Source: Bacteroidaceae bacterium | GTDB lineage: Bacteria > Bacteroidota > Bacteroidia > Bacteroidales > Bacteroidaceae | Length of the DNA stretch: 64,000 bases | NCBI GenBank assembly: GCA_963678855.1 | Contig: OY787448.1 | Coordinates: 1,348,615-1,412,614, forward strand | Direction: 5' to 3' | Part shown: positions 1 to 10,713 of the stretch, one piece after another | Position numbering within the stretch: position 1 is the stretch's first letter | How the letters are laid out: each line of letters opens with the position of its first letter | Made by a program: the position numbers and the translations under genes | The notes under the pieces: model-generated | What the model was told of the DNA's origin: nothing | Database searches by the model: none | Seen by the model: only the letters and a program-made list of their open reading frames with translations

Positions 1-2
1 GA

Positions 3-1091
3 TTATTGAACACTCACCTTCACACCGTTGTATAGGCGTTTGCCAGCTGGCACAATGATGCGGTCTTGTGGAGACACACCAGAAAGTGCCTCTACTTGTT
101 GTCCTTGTGTTCGGCCTAGACGCACCCATTTCAGTAAAGCTTGCTTATCACCAGTCACGACATACACACCAACAAGATCACCTTGACGTACCAAGACTTC
201 AGCAGGCAGCCATACGCCTTGTTTAATACTAGTTGCGACTACATCTTTACGAAGAGGGAGTTGTACATCGACATGCATGCCTGAAAGTAGTTTAGCCTGC
301 AGCTCTTTAGGGACAGCTACAGTCACTTGGTATTGACCACCAGTGGCAACTGACGATGTGCTATATTCTGTAATTTTAGCTTCAAAGCGAATGTTTACAG
401 CAGGCACGTCTACCACGGCCATACTGTCTGCTTCTAGCTGAGTAATCGCCGATTCGCCCACTTGGGTCTGTATCACCATCGCACCAGCTTTTTCAACCGT
501 TACTAAAGGCATACCTGGATGAGCTAAACTACCTAGATCTGCTTGCACATCAATGACAAGGCCTGAAAAAGGTGCCTTTATTTGCGTGTATGCTTGATGG
601 GCTTGAGCTTCTCGTACCATCTGGCGTGCCGCTTTTAGATTAGCCGCCATCGCGTCGTAATTAAGCTTTACATTCTCATATTCTTTTTGAGAACAACTTT
701 TCTTAGCAAGCAAACGTGCAAAACGCGCCTCATCCGCCTTGGCCACATCATAAGCTGCTTTGGCTTGAGCAACCATGCTTTGAGCTTGAGCTTTTTTGGC
801 TTGTATCTCTTGGTCACTAATCATCACTAACAGTTGGCCTTTCCGTACTTTTTGTCCTTTTTGAACAGCTACTTTTTGAACAGACCCCATAATACGGGTA
901 CCTAATCGTGCAATATCGTCCGACTGCACCAAGCCACTAGTTGTGATAATCTCCGCCTTATCTGTCGTTGGAGTTACTACAGAGACATTCAATATTGTAT
1001 TATCCGCTTTACGGTCTGATGTTTTATGCCCGCAGCTTGATACTGCGACAAGTGTCATTAGGGCAAAACTCAAAGTGAAAAACTTCTTCAT
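3..1091 (-). CDS. efflux RND transporter periplasmic adaptor subunit (MFP/HlyD family), lipoprotein
   Basis: 362-aa ORF. Lipoprotein-type signal (LVAVSSCGH). Alanine/glutamine-rich coiled-coil hairpin (QAKKAQAQSMVAQAKAAYDVAKADEARFARL) flanked by beta-rich segments, typical of MFPs. Sits directly downstream of a TolC-like gene; the pump gene presumably lies left of the window. Confidence 0.85.
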   Translation of the reverse strand: MKKFFTLSFALMTLVAVSSCGHKTSDRKADNTILNVSVVTPTTDKAEIITTSGLVQSDDIARLGTRIMGSVQKVAVQKGQKVRKGQLLVMISDQEIQAKKAQAQSMVAQAKAAYDVAKADEARFARLLAKKSCSQKEYENVKLNYDAMAANLKAARQMVREAQAHQAYTQIKAPFSGLVIDVQADLGSLAHPGMPLVTVEKAGAMVIQTQVGESAITQLEADSMAVVDVPAVNIRFEAKITEYSTSSVATGGQYQVTVAVPKELQAKLLSGMHVDVQLPLRKDVVATSIKQGVWLPAEVLVRQGDLVGVYVVTGDKQALLKWVRLGRTQGQQVEALSGVSPQDRIIVPAGKRLYNGVKVSVQ

Positions 1092-1131
1092 AATAGCAAG
1101 ATGTATTTAGTTTGTTTATTTGTAAATAGAT

Positions 1132-2457
1132 TTATTGTGCCGTCACCAATCGTAACATAGCTATAGTGACATTCTTTTTAAACAGTGCTTGTTCAAGCAT
1201 CAGTCGTTGTTGTGCTTGTTGTGCTTGTATGCGAAGCAAATCACTTGTAGGTGCTAAGCCTTCTTCGTATCTGTCTTGCAAGATGCGATAAGCTTCGGAT
1301 GTTTGAGCCGCCATAGTTCTCGTCTGATTAATCTCTTGTTTTACAACCTCTAGCTGACGTTTAACTTGGAAGTATTCAGCTTGCGCCTTATTCTTCTGTT
1401 CTAACAATTGAGATTGAAGCTTCTTGACTTGAAAACGTGCTCCACGTAGTTTGTGATAATTCTGACTTCCTTTAAACAAAGTCCACGTCATATTCACACC
1501 CAACAAGTAACTATTTTCTGAAAAGCCCAATGCCTTACCATCATTCAACTGATAGGTCCCAAAAGCATTGATACGTGGCAAAAAAGTCAGTTTGCTTGCC
1601 TTAGCCTGAGTTTTTGCAGCTTGGAGTCCCTCTTGATAAGCCAAGATATCTGTTCTCCCCATTACACTAGCCTCATTGACATCCAGAGGAATATCCCATG
1701 CGATGCGATCCACTGTATAGGTCTTACCTTCTATAGGTGTTTCTCCCATCAGAATGGATAGTTGATCGCTAGCATTATGCACACTTGCCTCAGCTGTTGT
1801 AACCTGTGTATGCATCTGCAAACTATAAGCTTTGGCTTGCAACAAGTCTGACTTTTGAATCAGCCCCTCATCATGCATGGCTTTAGCTCTTTTTAGGAAA
1901 GCATCAGCAGCTTTAGCAGCGCGCTTCATAACGCGTACATTTTTATATGCTAAGTCCAGTTGAAGATATTGTTGGACCACTCGAAAGCGAGTATACTCGG
2001 CCATACGTCGAGCACCTAAGTCTTTAGCTTTAGCAGCCGCCTTGGCAGCAGAACGCATATAGATGGCATCTAAGTTAAGCAAAGGCTGCATCAATTTAAT
2101 CTGAGCAGAGTAATCTCGCGATGCGCCTGGATTGTTTAAACGAGCAGGATCAAAATCAGCTTGAGTAGCCACCCGCTGATGCAGCTTGAAACCAAAAGCA
2201 TTGAGTGGATTATCTGTCACCATAGCATTGTAGCTCACTTCTACTTGTGGTAAAAAAGCAGCATTAGCTTCTGCACTTTGCGCTTTGGCCATCTCTGCAT
2301 CAAGAGTCTGTTGCTTTAGTTGTGCATTAAATTCTAACGCACGAGCTGTTGCGACATCTAGTGATAGATGCTGCTCCTGAGCTTTCATATAAAGAGGATA
2401 TACGGATATTATCAACATCAGAACAATTCCTCCTAGTTTGGTACAAATTCGTGTCAT
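1132..2457 (-). CDS. TolC-family outer-membrane efflux protein
   Basis: 441-aa ORF with signal peptide and two long helical/coiled repeats with OEP-like periodicity (LSLDVATARALEFNAQLK..., SDLLQAKAYSLQ..., TSDLLRIQAQQAQQRL). Operon partner of the adaptor gene. Confidence 0.85.
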   Translation of the reverse strand: MTRICTKLGGIVLMLIISVYPLYMKAQEQHLSLDVATARALEFNAQLKQQTLDAEMAKAQSAEANAAFLPQVEVSYNAMVTDNPLNAFGFKLHQRVATQADFDPARLNNPGASRDYSAQIKLMQPLLNLDAIYMRSAAKAAAKAKDLGARRMAEYTRFRVVQQYLQLDLAYKNVRVMKRAAKAADAFLKRAKAMHDEGLIQKSDLLQAKAYSLQMHTQVTTAEASVHNASDQLSILMGETPIEGKTYTVDRIAWDIPLDVNEASVMGRTDILAYQEGLQAAKTQAKASKLTFLPRINAFGTYQLNDGKALGFSENSYLLGVNMTWTLFKGSQNYHKLRGARFQVKKLQSQLLEQKNKAQAEYFQVKRQLEVVKQEINQTRTMAAQTSEAYRILQDRYEEGLAPTSDLLRIQAQQAQQRLMLEQALFKKNVTIAMLRLVTAQ

Positions 2458-2584
2458 AAATGAGTTAGTTTGTTAATCTTTATTGCAAAGATACAATGAA
2501 TCGATTAATTACACAAATAGACCTTAGCTATTACAACATAGAAATGTCCTATAACATGTGCAAAATAAGAAGACCCTATCTATA

Positions 2585-2617
2585 CAAAAAGAGGGCTTGC
2601 CCCATGGGCAAACCCTC
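2585..2617 (-). terminator. intrinsic terminator downstream of rny
   Basis: On the minus strand, GAGGGTTTGCCC-ATGG-GGCAAGCCCTC followed by TTTTTGTATA, about 25 nt after the rny stop. Confidence 0.6.
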
Positions 2618-2642
2618 TTAATCAAATATCTTTGAGATAAAA

Positions 2643-4187
2643 TTACTTCGCGTAAGCTACAGAGCGAGTCTCACGGATAACCGTAATCTTCACTTGACCT
2701 GGATAAGTCATTTCATCTTGAATCTTCTTAGCGATTTCATCTGACAGTTGTTCTGTTTGTGCATCATCAATCTTTTCAGAACCAACGATTACACGAAGCT
2801 CACGACCTGCTTGGATAGCATAAGTCTTGGTAACACCTGGATAACTCATTGCAATTTGTTCCAAATCATTCAAACGCTTGATATACGCTTCTACGATTTC
2901 GCGACGAGCACCTGGACGAGCACCTGAGATAGCATCACAAACCTGTACGATAGGCGCAAGCAATGATGTCATTTCACACTCATCGTGGTGAGCACCAATG
3001 GCATTGCAGATATCTGGTTTTTCCTTGCAACGCTCAGCTAGCTTCATACCTAGCAATGCGTGTGGCAATTCTGGCTCCTCATCAGGCACCTTACCAATAT
3101 CGTGTAGTAGACCTGCACGTTTCGCACGCTTAGGGTTCAAACCAAGCTCAGTGGCCATGATAGCACATAGATTGGCTGTTTCACGAGCATGTTGCAATAG
3201 GTTTTGACCATACGAGCTACGGTATTTCATCTTACCGATAGTACGGATAAGTTCTGGATGAAGGCCATGGATACCTAGGTCAATAGCTGTACGCTTACCT
3301 GTTTCGATGATTTCTTCTTCTAGTTGCCTACGTACCTTAGTCACAACCTCTTCGATACGAGCTGGGTGAATACGACCGTCAGTCACCAATTGGTGCAATG
3401 CAAGACGCGCCACTTCACGACGTACTGGGTCGAAACCAGATAGGATAATTGCTTCAGGAGTGTCATCAACAACGATTTCGATACCTGTAGCTGCTTCTAG
3501 AGCGCGAATATTACGACCTTCACGACCGATAATACGTCCCTTGATTTCATCTGAATCGATATGGAACACAGTTACCGAGTTTTCAATAGCAGTTTCAGTC
3601 GCTACACGTTGAATCGTTTGGATAATGATGCGCTTTGCTTCTTTGTTTGCAGAAATCTTCGCATCATCTACGATTTCATTGATATACGCTTGAGCTTCCG
3701 TTTTCGCTTCACCCTTAAGCGTCTCAATCATACGCTCCTTTGCTTCATCAGCTGAAAGACCAGAAATCGTTTCTAGTTTTTCAACTTCCTGCTTTTGAAG
3801 TTCATCCAACTCTTCTTGCTTGCGCTCAGTAGCTTGGATTTGACGATCAAGATTGTTTTTCAACTTGTCCGCTTCTTGACGTTTACGTTTCACATCTTCT
3901 TGACGTTGAGAAACTGACATCTCACGTTGTTTCAATTTATTCTCAGCTGATTGAATCTTAGATGTACGACTCTGTACCTCCTTTTCCAGTTCTGCTTTTT
4001 TATTCAAGAAGTTTTCTTTCACTTCGAGCAATTTATCTTTCTTCAAAGCCTCAGCTTCCATCTCGGCTTCACGCATAAATTTCTCATATTTTTCCTTCTG
4101 AACTTTCATCATCCAGAAGTATGCTGCTACGGCTCCTAAAGCCAAGCATACTAGTCCAGCAATTATAGCTGGGATAACCGTTGTCAT
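2643..4187 (-). CDS. rny: ribonuclease Y
   Basis: N-terminal TM helix ([22 protein letters not shown]), long charged coiled coil, KH domain ([15 protein letters not shown]), HD domain (GLLHDIGK...GAHHDE). Start placed at MTTVIP (4187); the 27 upstream codons of the ORF look non-native. Confidence 0.93.
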   Translation of the reverse strand: MTTVIPAIIAGLVCLALGAVAAYFWMMKVQKEKYEKFMREAEMEAEALKKDKLLEVKENFLNKKAELEKEVQSRTSKIQSAENKLKQREMSVSQRQEDVKRKRQEADKLKNNLDRQIQATERKQEELDELQKQEVEKLETISGLSADEAKERMIETLKGEAKTEAQAYINEIVDDAKISANKEAKRIIIQTIQRVATETAIENSVTVFHIDSDEIKGRIIGREGRNIRALEAATGIEIVVDDTPEAIILSGFDPVRREVARLALHQLVTDGRIHPARIEEVVTKVRRQLEEEIIETGKRTAIDLGIHGLHPELIRTIGKMKYRSSYGQNLLQHARETANLCAIMATELGLNPKRAKRAGLLHDIGKVPDEEPELPHALLGMKLAERCKEKPDICNAIGAHHDECEMTSLLAPIVQVCDAISGARPGARREIVEAYIKRLNDLEQIAMSYPGVTKTYAIQAGRELRVIVGSEKIDDAQTEQLSDEIAKKIQDEMTYPGQVKITVIRETRSVAYAK

Positions 4188-4292
4188 ACTTGTTGTTATT
4201 GTTTTGGGGTTATACACTATATAAAAAAACACCAAACACGTGTGCCTTGTTAAGCCTAAGCATAACAAAGAACATGCGTTGATGTATTCAAT

Positions 4293-4616
4293 TTACTCAG
4301 AATCGTTTAGAGCAAACAAATCGAGGTCATCGATTTCTTCTTCTAAACGTTCGAACAAGTCAAGGACCTCTTGATTATTAGCATTTTCTTCTGCTTTCAC
4401 TGCACGTGTGGCCATGTGCAAAGCAGCTATGGAAAGCAATCGAGAACTGTTGTCGGCAGATACTCCACGCTTTTTGTAGTTATGTAATGCCTCATTTAGC
4501 TGCTTGGCAGCAAGACGGATACGCGCTTCGTCCTTTCTAGGAATAGTCATTTGAAACTTATGGTCATTGACTACAACGGTAATCTTCAACTTTTCTGACA
4601 ACTCCTGATTATTCAT
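4293..4616 (-). CDS. zapA: cell division protein ZapA
   Basis: 107-aa ORF with ZapA-like layout (LKITVVVNDHKFQMTIPRKDEARIRLAAKQLNEAL..., C-terminal helix) immediately upstream of rny. Confidence 0.75.
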   Translation of the reverse strand: MNNQELSEKLKITVVVNDHKFQMTIPRKDEARIRLAAKQLNEALHNYKKRGVSADNSSRLLSIAALHMATRAVKAEENANNQEVLDLFERLEEEIDDLDLFALNDSE

Positions 4617-4687
4617 GGGCTATATAGGAAATGCTATCTAATTATTTGGTATGCTGTTCGGTATTCACAATGCTTTCACTAAAATGA

Positions 4688-4975
4688 CTACTCCTTTGCG
4701 AAGTCATCTTTAGTCAATATCGCAATGCATTGATCTACATCATTTACTAGATGCGCTAATCGAGTCTTTGTATCGGTAAGTTCCATACTTTTCACATCGA
4801 CATACTTGGCATCTTTAAGTAACACATATTGTGCACGAGTCTCTTGAAGTTCACTTTCAAGTTGTTGAATCTTTAGCTGCTGAGCTTGCAACACCTCGCG
4901 TTGCTGTCTATATGCCATGATTAAAGCATTTACTTTAGATTCAAATGACTTGGCTCTGTCCATCTCTTGACTCAT
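4688..4975 (-). CDS. hypothetical coiled-coil protein (first gene of the zapA-rny operon)
   Basis: 95-aa ORF, heptad-rich (QQREVLQAQQLKIQQLESELQETRAQYVLLKD). No enzymatic motifs. The position suggests a divisome accessory role, but that is inference only. Confidence 0.55.
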   Translation of the reverse strand: MSQEMDRAKSFESKVNALIMAYRQQREVLQAQQLKIQQLESELQETRAQYVLLKDAKYVDVKSMELTDTKTRLAHLVNDVDQCIAILTKDDFAKE

Positions 4976-4997
4976 ACTATTTTACGCTAATTTCCTA

Positions 4998-5005
4998 CAA
5001 AAATA
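4998..5005 (-). promoter_or_regulatory. Bacteroidetes -7 promoter box (TATTTTTG) for the coiled-coil/zapA/rny operon
   Basis: Minus-strand TATTTTTG matches TAnnTTTG, about 23 nt upstream of the ATG at 4975. Confidence 0.4.
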
Positions 5006-5048
5006 CGATTATATTAGTAGATTCAAAAGATTTCTTATAGAAAAGGCA

Positions 5049-5089
5049 CAAAAAAACTCAGACAAGCACCATATTTGGGCGGTCTGAGT
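5049..5089 (-). terminator. putative terminator after tRNA-Trp
   Basis: Minus strand: ACTCAGAC-(18 nt)-GTCTGAGT followed by TTTTTTGTG. The stem is only 8 bp with a large loop. Confidence 0.5.
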
Positions 5090-5130
5090 CATCTCACAAT
5101 CAATAATTTTCCTAACACCTTATGAATAAG

Positions 5131-5203
5131 CACGGGAAGAGAGGCTCGAACTCCCGACACCCGGTTTTGGAGACCGGTGCTCTACCAACTGAGCTATTCC
5201 CGT
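5131..5203 (-). tRNA. tRNA-Trp (anticodon CCA)
   Basis: Minus-strand ACGGGAATAGCTCAGTTGGTAGAGCACCGGTCTCCAAAACCGGGTGTCGGGAGTTCGAGCCTCTCTTCCCGTG folds as a cloverleaf: 7-bp acceptor, GCTC/GAGC D stem, CCGGT/ACCGG anticodon stem with loop CTCCAAA, GTTCGAGCC T loop. No encoded CCA. Confidence 0.93.
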
Positions 5204-5214
5204 GTTTGCGGATG

Positions 5215-5222
5215 CAAAGGTA
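5215..5222 (-). promoter_or_regulatory. -7 promoter box (TACCTTTG) for tRNA-Trp
   Basis: Minus-strand TACCTTTG ends about 11 nt upstream of the tRNA 5' end. Confidence 0.45.
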
Positions 5223-5316
5223 GTGCTTTTTTCTTAACCACCAAGCGATAAACATAAAAATGTTGATTTTGCATAAAAATAGAAGGGTAAGATTGGTCAA
5301 AACAAGAAAGAATTAC

Positions 5317-5324
5317 TACCTTTG
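5317..5324 (+). promoter_or_regulatory. -7 promoter box (TACCTTTG) for the DUF5020-like gene
   Basis: TACCTTTG matches TAnnTTTG, about 47 nt upstream of the ATG at 5371. It lies inside the annotated ORF extension, which supports the downstream start. Confidence 0.45.
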
Positions 5325-5370
5325 CGGCATCAAAAATAAACCATTTATTCACTTTATTCAAAACAAAACA

Positions 5371-6111
5371 ATGATGAAAAAGATTCTTTTTTCAGTTCTT
5401 TTTGGCTTAGGCTTGACACTTAGTGCAGTAGCACAAACAAACGTACAAATACATTACGATTTCGGTCGTACTTTGTACAGCAATGACCAAGCATCTCGCC
5501 CTCATGTCACAACAACTCTTGAGCACCTTTCTGCCGACAAATGGGGGAGCACTTTCTTTTTCGTAGACGTATGCAGCAACTCAAATGGTGTACAAAGTGC
5601 GTACACAGAGATTACTCGTGACTTCAAACTTGGTAAGAGCCCTATCACTGCACACGTAGAATACAACAGTGGCCTTATCCACGATAATGAAGGCAACTGG
5701 GGTAGCGAATATAACAACAACTACCTAGCTGGTTTCAAGTACACACTACACAGTGCTGATTTTTCTCGTGGTATCTCGTTTATACCAATGTATAAGTATA
5801 TCCAAAAGAATGACTCTCCAAACAGTTTCCAATTTACAACGGTATGGTGGTACAACTTCTGTGATGGTGCATATACATTCTCTGGCTTCGCTGATATCTG
5901 GCGTGAAGATACTCGTGGTGCTGGCGAAGGTTCAATTTGCAAGTTCATCACTGAACCTCAATTCTGGGTTAACCTAAACAAACTTGTTGATGGTTTCGAA
6001 ATGCCTATCAGTATCGGTACTGAGGTTGAAATTAGCAAAGGTTTCGTAAACATGTATCAAGAAGACAAGTTCTACGTGAACCCAACTCTAGCAGTTAAGT
6101 GGACTTTCTAA
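5371..6111 (+). CDS. outer-membrane beta-barrel protein, Tsx-like / DUF5020-type
   Basis: Start at MMKKILFSVLFGLGLTLSAVAQ (signal peptide). Mature N-terminus TNVQIHYDFGR and C-terminal aromatic residue (...AVKWTF) are typical of small OM barrels. The alternating beta pattern resembles the Bacteroidetes DUF5020/Tsx family. Family assignment is from memory, not a search. Confidence 0.6.
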   Translation: MMKKILFSVLFGLGLTLSAVAQTNVQIHYDFGRTLYSNDQASRPHVTTTLEHLSADKWGSTFFFVDVCSNSNGVQSAYTEITRDFKLGKSPITAHVEYNSGLIHDNEGNWGSEYNNNYLAGFKYTLHSADFSRGISFIPMYKYIQKNDSPNSFQFTTVWWYNFCDGAYTFSGFADIWREDTRGAGEGSICKFITEPQFWVNLNKLVDGFEMPISIGTEVEISKGFVNMYQEDKFYVNPTLAVKWTF

Positions 6112-6160
6112 GTAGAACGTTCATATAAAATACAAGCTACTTTACTGTAGTCTTTAATAG

Positions 6161-6190
6161 GGCATGCCTTCGCTGGCATGCCTTATTTTT
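6161..6190 (+). terminator. intrinsic terminator
   Basis: GGCATGCC-TTCGCT-GGCATGCC followed by TTATTTTT, 50 nt after the stop at 6111. Confidence 0.75.
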
Positions 6191-6298
6191 GTATCAATCT
6201 ATTGCCTACACCCTTGATATACATATTAGAAAGAAAATTAGTATATCGCCTATCTCCTCTCTTAAGCTTGCCTTTTCTTTTACTAAGGCTTGCCAGAG

Positions 6299-6364
6299 TC
6301 GATTCGGCGTGCTGTTTCAATCGATTCAACGTGCTGAATCGATTGAAACAGCACGCCGAATCGA
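6299..6364. repeat. 66-bp perfect palindrome (30-bp arms, 6-nt centre)
   Basis: TCGATTCGGCGTGCTGTTTCAATCGATTCA-ACGTGC-TGAATCGATTGAAACAGCACGCCGAATCGA. The arms are exact reverse complements. No flanking T tract. Confidence 0.9.
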
Positions 6365-6448
6365 GACGCACCATATACTGCGCGTACAATAGCAAAAGAC
6401 AGCACACACACCGCTAGCCTTACCATCATCAAACCGCTGTATACGCAA

Positions 6449-6480
6449 AGAGGGCGAACCCCTATATAGGTTCACCCTCT
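6449..6480 (-). terminator. putative terminator hairpin downstream of mutB
   Basis: AGAGGGCGAACC-CCTATATA-GGTTCACCCTCT (12-bp stem with one G-U pair) about 48 nt after the mutB stop. The T tract is better on the + strand (TTTATTAT), so directionality is ambiguous. Confidence 0.45.
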
Positions 6481-6527
6481 TTATTATATGTGTCTGCTTC
6501 AGACTATATGTGATTACACATTATATA

Positions 6528-8672
6528 TTAGTCTTCTAGCAAGATATCCATGATTGTGCAAGCAGCCTTCGCAACTGGAGAACCAGGACCGAAGATAGCC
6601 GATACACCAGACTGATACAAGAAGTCGTAGTCTTGAGCTGGGATTACACCACCAGCAATCACAACGATATCCTCACGACCTAGCTCTTTAAGCTCAGCGA
6701 TGATTTGAGGAATCAATGTCTTGTGACCTGCTGCCAATGAAGATACACCAACAACGTCTACGTCATTTTCTACAGCTTGACGAGCAGATTCTGCTGGAGT
6801 TTGGAACAATGGTCCCATATCCACATCGAATCCACAGTCAGCGTAACCTGTAGCAACAACTTTCGCACCACGGTCGTGACCATCTTGACCCATCTTAGCG
6901 ATCATGATACGAGGCTGACGACCTACCTTCTTAGCGTACTCTGCAGTCAACTCACATGCGTGAGCGAAGTCAGAGTCACCCTTACTTTCTGATGAATACA
7001 CGCCTTCAATTGTTCTAATTACTGCCTTATAACGACCTACGATTGTTTCGCAAGCGTCAGAAATTTCACCTAGTGTAGCACGAAGACCTGCAGCCTTAAC
7101 AGCTAGGTCAAGAAGGTTACCTTCCTTAGTTTCTACACACTTAGTGATTGCTGCAAGAGCATCAGCTACCTTAGCTTCATCACGCTTCTCTTTCAATACA
7201 TCAAGAGATTGGATTTGCTCCTTACGTACAGCAGTGTTATCAATATCAAGGATATCGATAGGATCTTCTTTCTCTAGACGATACTTGTTGACACCAACAA
7301 TTGTTTGAGAACCAGAGTCAATACGAGCTTGAGTACGAGCTGCTGCTTCCTCAATACGCATCTTAGGTACACCAGTTTCAATCGCCTTAGCCATACCACC
7401 AAGTTTCTCAACCTCTTGTAGACGTTCCCAAGCCTTCTTAGCTAGTTCGTCTGTCAAAGATTCTACGTAGTAAGAACCAGCCCATGGGTCGATTCCCTTA
7501 CAGATTTGAGTTTCTTGTTGGATATAGATTTGAGTATTACGTGCAATACGTGCAGAGAAGTCAGTAGGAAGTGCAATCGCCTCATCCAATGCATTGGTGT
7601 GCAATGATTGAGTGTGACCAAGTGCAGCTGCCATCGCTTCGATACAAGTACGGCCTACGTTGTTGAATGGATCTTGCTCTGTCAAAGACCAACCTGAAGT
7701 CTGAGAGTGCGTACGAAGCGCCATAGACTTAGGGTTCTTAGGGTTGAATTCCTTCACGATCTTCGCCCATAGCATACGTGCTGCACGCATCTTAGCGATT
7801 TCCATGAAGTGGTTTGTACCAATCGCCCAGAAGAACGATAGACGTGGAGCAAACGCATCGATATCAATACCCGCTGCCACACCAGCACGAAGGTACTCAA
7901 GACCATCGGCAAGTGTATAAGCCAACTCGATATCTGCTGTTGCACCTGCTTCTTGCATGTGGTAACCAGAGATAGAGATAGAGTTGAACTTAGGCATCTT
8001 TTGAGATGTGTACTCAAAGATATCTGAGATAATCTGCATAGAGAATGCAGGTGGGTAGATATATGTGTTACGTACCATGAATTCCTTAAGGATATCATTC
8101 TGGATAGTACCAGCCATTTCCTCAAGTTTAGCACCTTGTTCAAGACCTGCGTTGATGTAGAAGGCCATTACTGGAAGTACGGCACCATTCATTGTCATCG
8201 ATACAGACATCTTGTTCAATGGAATACCATCGAAAAGTACCTTCATGTTGTCCAAAGAACAGATAGATACACCCGCTTTACCAACATCACCAACTACACG
8301 GTCGTGATCTGGGTCATAACCACGGTGCGTAGCCAAGTCAAAGGCAACTGAAAGACCCTTTTGACCTGCCGCAAGGTTACGACGGTAGAATGCATTTGAT
8401 TCTTCTGCAGTAGAGAAACCAGCATACTGACGGATAGTCCATGGACGGAATGCATACATCATTGAGTATGGTCCACGAAGGAAAGGAGGAAGACCGGCAG
8501 CATAACCTAGATGCTCCATACCTTCAAGGTCTTCTTCTGTATATACAGGCTTTACTTGGATCTGCTCTGGAGTAGTCCAGTCGGCTTTGATGCCGTTAGC
8601 CTCCTGCCATTCAGCGCCATTGGCTGGCTGTAGGGCAGCAAAAATATCTATGTCGTTAAAATTCTTTCTCAT
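6528..8672 (-). CDS. mutB: methylmalonyl-CoA mutase, large (catalytic, B12-binding) subunit
   Basis: 714 aa. TIM-barrel mutase segments ([42 protein letters not shown]). C-terminal cobalamin domain with the DxHxxG motif ([12 protein letters not shown]). Confidence 0.95.
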   Translation of the reverse strand: MRKNFNDIDIFAALQPANGAEWQEANGIKADWTTPEQIQVKPVYTEEDLEGMEHLGYAAGLPPFLRGPYSMMYAFRPWTIRQYAGFSTAEESNAFYRRNLAAGQKGLSVAFDLATHRGYDPDHDRVVGDVGKAGVSICSLDNMKVLFDGIPLNKMSVSMTMNGAVLPVMAFYINAGLEQGAKLEEMAGTIQNDILKEFMVRNTYIYPPAFSMQIISDIFEYTSQKMPKFNSISISGYHMQEAGATADIELAYTLADGLEYLRAGVAAGIDIDAFAPRLSFFWAIGTNHFMEIAKMRAARMLWAKIVKEFNPKNPKSMALRTHSQTSGWSLTEQDPFNNVGRTCIEAMAAALGHTQSLHTNALDEAIALPTDFSARIARNTQIYIQQETQICKGIDPWAGSYYVESLTDELAKKAWERLQEVEKLGGMAKAIETGVPKMRIEEAAARTQARIDSGSQTIVGVNKYRLEKEDPIDILDIDNTAVRKEQIQSLDVLKEKRDEAKVADALAAITKCVETKEGNLLDLAVKAAGLRATLGEISDACETIVGRYKAVIRTIEGVYSSESKGDSDFAHACELTAEYAKKVGRQPRIMIAKMGQDGHDRGAKVVATGYADCGFDVDMGPLFQTPAESARQAVENDVDVVGVSSLAAGHKTLIPQIIAELKELGREDIVVIAGGVIPAQDYDFLYQSGVSAIFGPGSPVAKAACTIMDILLED

Positions 8673-8674
8673 CT

Positions 8675-10537
8675 TTACTTCAATAGTTTAGCGTTGTAAG
8701 CCTGTAGTGTCTCTAGTTGATTGACACGTACGTGGATAAAGTTCTCGATTCCAGCCGCACGTAGATCGTCTGCGCACTTAGGGTTACCAGCAACGATAAA
8801 CATTGCATCGTCACCTACTGCCTTAGCTGCAGGAATTGCGTATTCTGCATATTCGTCATCTGAAGAACAGATAACTACGATATCTGCACCTGCTTCTTTA
8901 GCTGCTGCAGCACCAAGCTCAACAGTTTCAAAACCTAGGTTGTCAACTACTTCATAACCAGCACAAGCCAAGAAGTTACATGCAAATTGTGCACGTGCTT
9001 GACGCATAGCTAGGTTACCGATAGTCAACATGAACGCCTTAGGACGCTTGCCCGACATTTCTGTTTCTAGACGTAGCTTTTCATACTCGCTAGAAGCACG
9101 ACTAAAGTCTAGAGTTTCGCAGTCACGACCGCAAGTACGCTCTTCACCCTTGTTGCAAGCGTAAAGATCCATATCGTTAGGACGCTTGTCTTCTGCCATT
9201 TCAGTAAAGTTAGGGAACTCGTTAGTACCCAACAATTGCTCACGACGTTGACCTACTAGAGTGTGACGACGTTCGTTGCTAGCGTTGATGCGCTTTTGAA
9301 TTTCACCTGCCTTGATTGATGCATATAGACCGCCTTCGTTTTCAATTTCCAAGAAAGCTTTCCAAGCTTCTTTAGCGATAGCGTCTGTAAGATATTCGAT
9401 ATAATAAGAACCAGCTGATGGGTCAACCACCTTGTCGAAGTGAGATTCTTCCTTAAGAAGCAATTGCTGGTTACGAGCGATACGCTCTGAGAAATCGTCT
9501 GATGCTTGGTACACCTTATCGTAAGGTAGTACTGTCAATGAATCAACACCTGCAAGAGAAGCAGACATCGCTTCTGTTTGAGTACGTAGCATATTTACGT
9601 TAGCATCAAACATTGTCATATTGTAAGTAGAAGTTTCTGCGTGCACGCGAGCCTTTGCAGCTTCTTTGTTGTCTGTATATTGAGCAACGATAGTAGCCCA
9701 CAACATACGAGCAGCACGGAACTTAGCGATTTCCATGAAGTAGTTTGAACCAACACCAAAGTTGAACTTAATACGGCTTGCAACCTCTGCTGCATCCATA
9801 CCAGCTTCTGTCAATGTTTGCATCCACTCGTTACCCCAAGCTAGAGATGTACCTAGTTCTTGTGCGATGAATGAACCTGCGTTGTTCAACAATAGACCGT
9901 TTACAGTAAATACACGGAACTTCTTAAGTGGAGCAAGTGTATCGATAAGAGCCTTAGAAGTTGCAGCTACGCTACCTTTTTCTTTAGCGTTAGCAAGCAT
10001 ACGTCCGAAGAAATCATAATTGATAGATCCTTCTAGTGCTGCCAAATCATAACCCTTTTCAGTGAAGTAAGCAACAAGCAAGCCTGCTAGAGCAGCTACA
10101 TGCCCTTGGCATACAGTGAAGTTAAGCTCTACACAATCTGCTGCGATACCGTCAAGCAAAGCTGCGATAAATTCAGCATTTACTTCTTTAGATGGCACTC
10201 GGAATGAGATAGAGTCAACACCCTTCATCATAATATCCTTAGCCTTAGCGTTCATAGCCTTAGCTGAATCGCCTGTAATGTCTTGGCGTACAAACCAAAC
10301 ATTATCTTTCTTAGTACCACGCAGGTATGGGAATTCACCTGGTAGTGCATCTGTTGTCTTCAGCCCCTCAAGGTCTTCCTTGCGGTATAATGGCTGCACT
10401 TTAAACCCTTCGTTTGTTTTCCAAACAAGTCTCTTCTCGTAATCGGCACCCTTTAGGTCAACCTGAATCTTGTCCTTCCACTCCTGGGTAGAGGTAGGAG
10501 CAAAGTCAGAAAAGAGCTTTTCTTTACTTTCTGCCAT
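8675..10537 (-). CDS. mutA: methylmalonyl-CoA mutase, small subunit
   Basis: 620 aa, paralogous to mutB ([22 protein letters not shown]) but lacking the DxHxxG histidine loop. The stop is 2 nt from the mutB start. Confidence 0.9.
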   Translation of the reverse strand: MAESKEKLFSDFAPTSTQEWKDKIQVDLKGADYEKRLVWKTNEGFKVQPLYRKEDLEGLKTTDALPGEFPYLRGTKKDNVWFVRQDITGDSAKAMNAKAKDIMMKGVDSISFRVPSKEVNAEFIAALLDGIAADCVELNFTVCQGHVAALAGLLVAYFTEKGYDLAALEGSINYDFFGRMLANAKEKGSVAATSKALIDTLAPLKKFRVFTVNGLLLNNAGSFIAQELGTSLAWGNEWMQTLTEAGMDAAEVASRIKFNFGVGSNYFMEIAKFRAARMLWATIVAQYTDNKEAAKARVHAETSTYNMTMFDANVNMLRTQTEAMSASLAGVDSLTVLPYDKVYQASDDFSERIARNQQLLLKEESHFDKVVDPSAGSYYIEYLTDAIAKEAWKAFLEIENEGGLYASIKAGEIQKRINASNERRHTLVGQRREQLLGTNEFPNFTEMAEDKRPNDMDLYACNKGEERTCGRDCETLDFSRASSEYEKLRLETEMSGKRPKAFMLTIGNLAMRQARAQFACNFLACAGYEVVDNLGFETVELGAAAAKEAGADIVVICSSDDEYAEYAIPAAKAVGDDAMFIVAGNPKCADDLRAAGIENFIHVRVNQLETLQAYNAKLLK

Positions 10538-10648
10538 AGTTGTTTATGTATAATAAAAACGTGATTATAGTCTTGATGATTAGACGATTTTGACTGATAG
10601 TTAAGGATAAAACACAACAATCTTCACCCCCAAAATCGATAATCTGTG

Positions 10649-10656
10649 CAAATATA
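10649..10656 (-). promoter_or_regulatory. -7 promoter box (TATATTTG) for mutAB
   Basis: Minus-strand TATATTTG, about 110 nt upstream of the mutA ATG. Confidence 0.4.
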
Positions 10657-10713
10657 CGACTTTCGATTTACGTGGTGAACAAATTACAAAAAAATCGAGC
10701 TAAAAAGGTATAA

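Noticed and set aside
5131-5203. tRNA genes (Trp at 5131..5203, Arg at 45494..45565) as integration sites for a genomic island.
   Set aside because: No integrase, no direct repeat of the tRNA 3' end, and no compositional break is visible on either side. The flanking genes are core housekeeping.
5112-5300. 62-aa ORF overlapping tRNA-Trp. The 66-aa ORF at 45443..45643 overlaps tRNA-Arg in the same way.
   Set aside because: Both are explained entirely by the tRNA genes and their promoters.
6178-6417. Three overlapping ORFs (79, 74 and 67 aa) on both strands across the 66-bp palindrome.
   Set aside because: They exist only because the palindrome and its flanks happen to lack stops. The translations mirror each other (…SACCFNRF…), have no start context or -7 box, and lie between two terminators.
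7754-8143. Long same-strand, alternative-frame or antisense ORFs inside housekeeping genes, for example 129 aa in mutB, 112 aa in proA (43939..44277) and 136 aa in the GH2 gene (52964..53374).
   Set aside because: They are embedded in highly conserved CDSs, have skewed Ser/Leu/Arg-rich composition and carry no independent signals.
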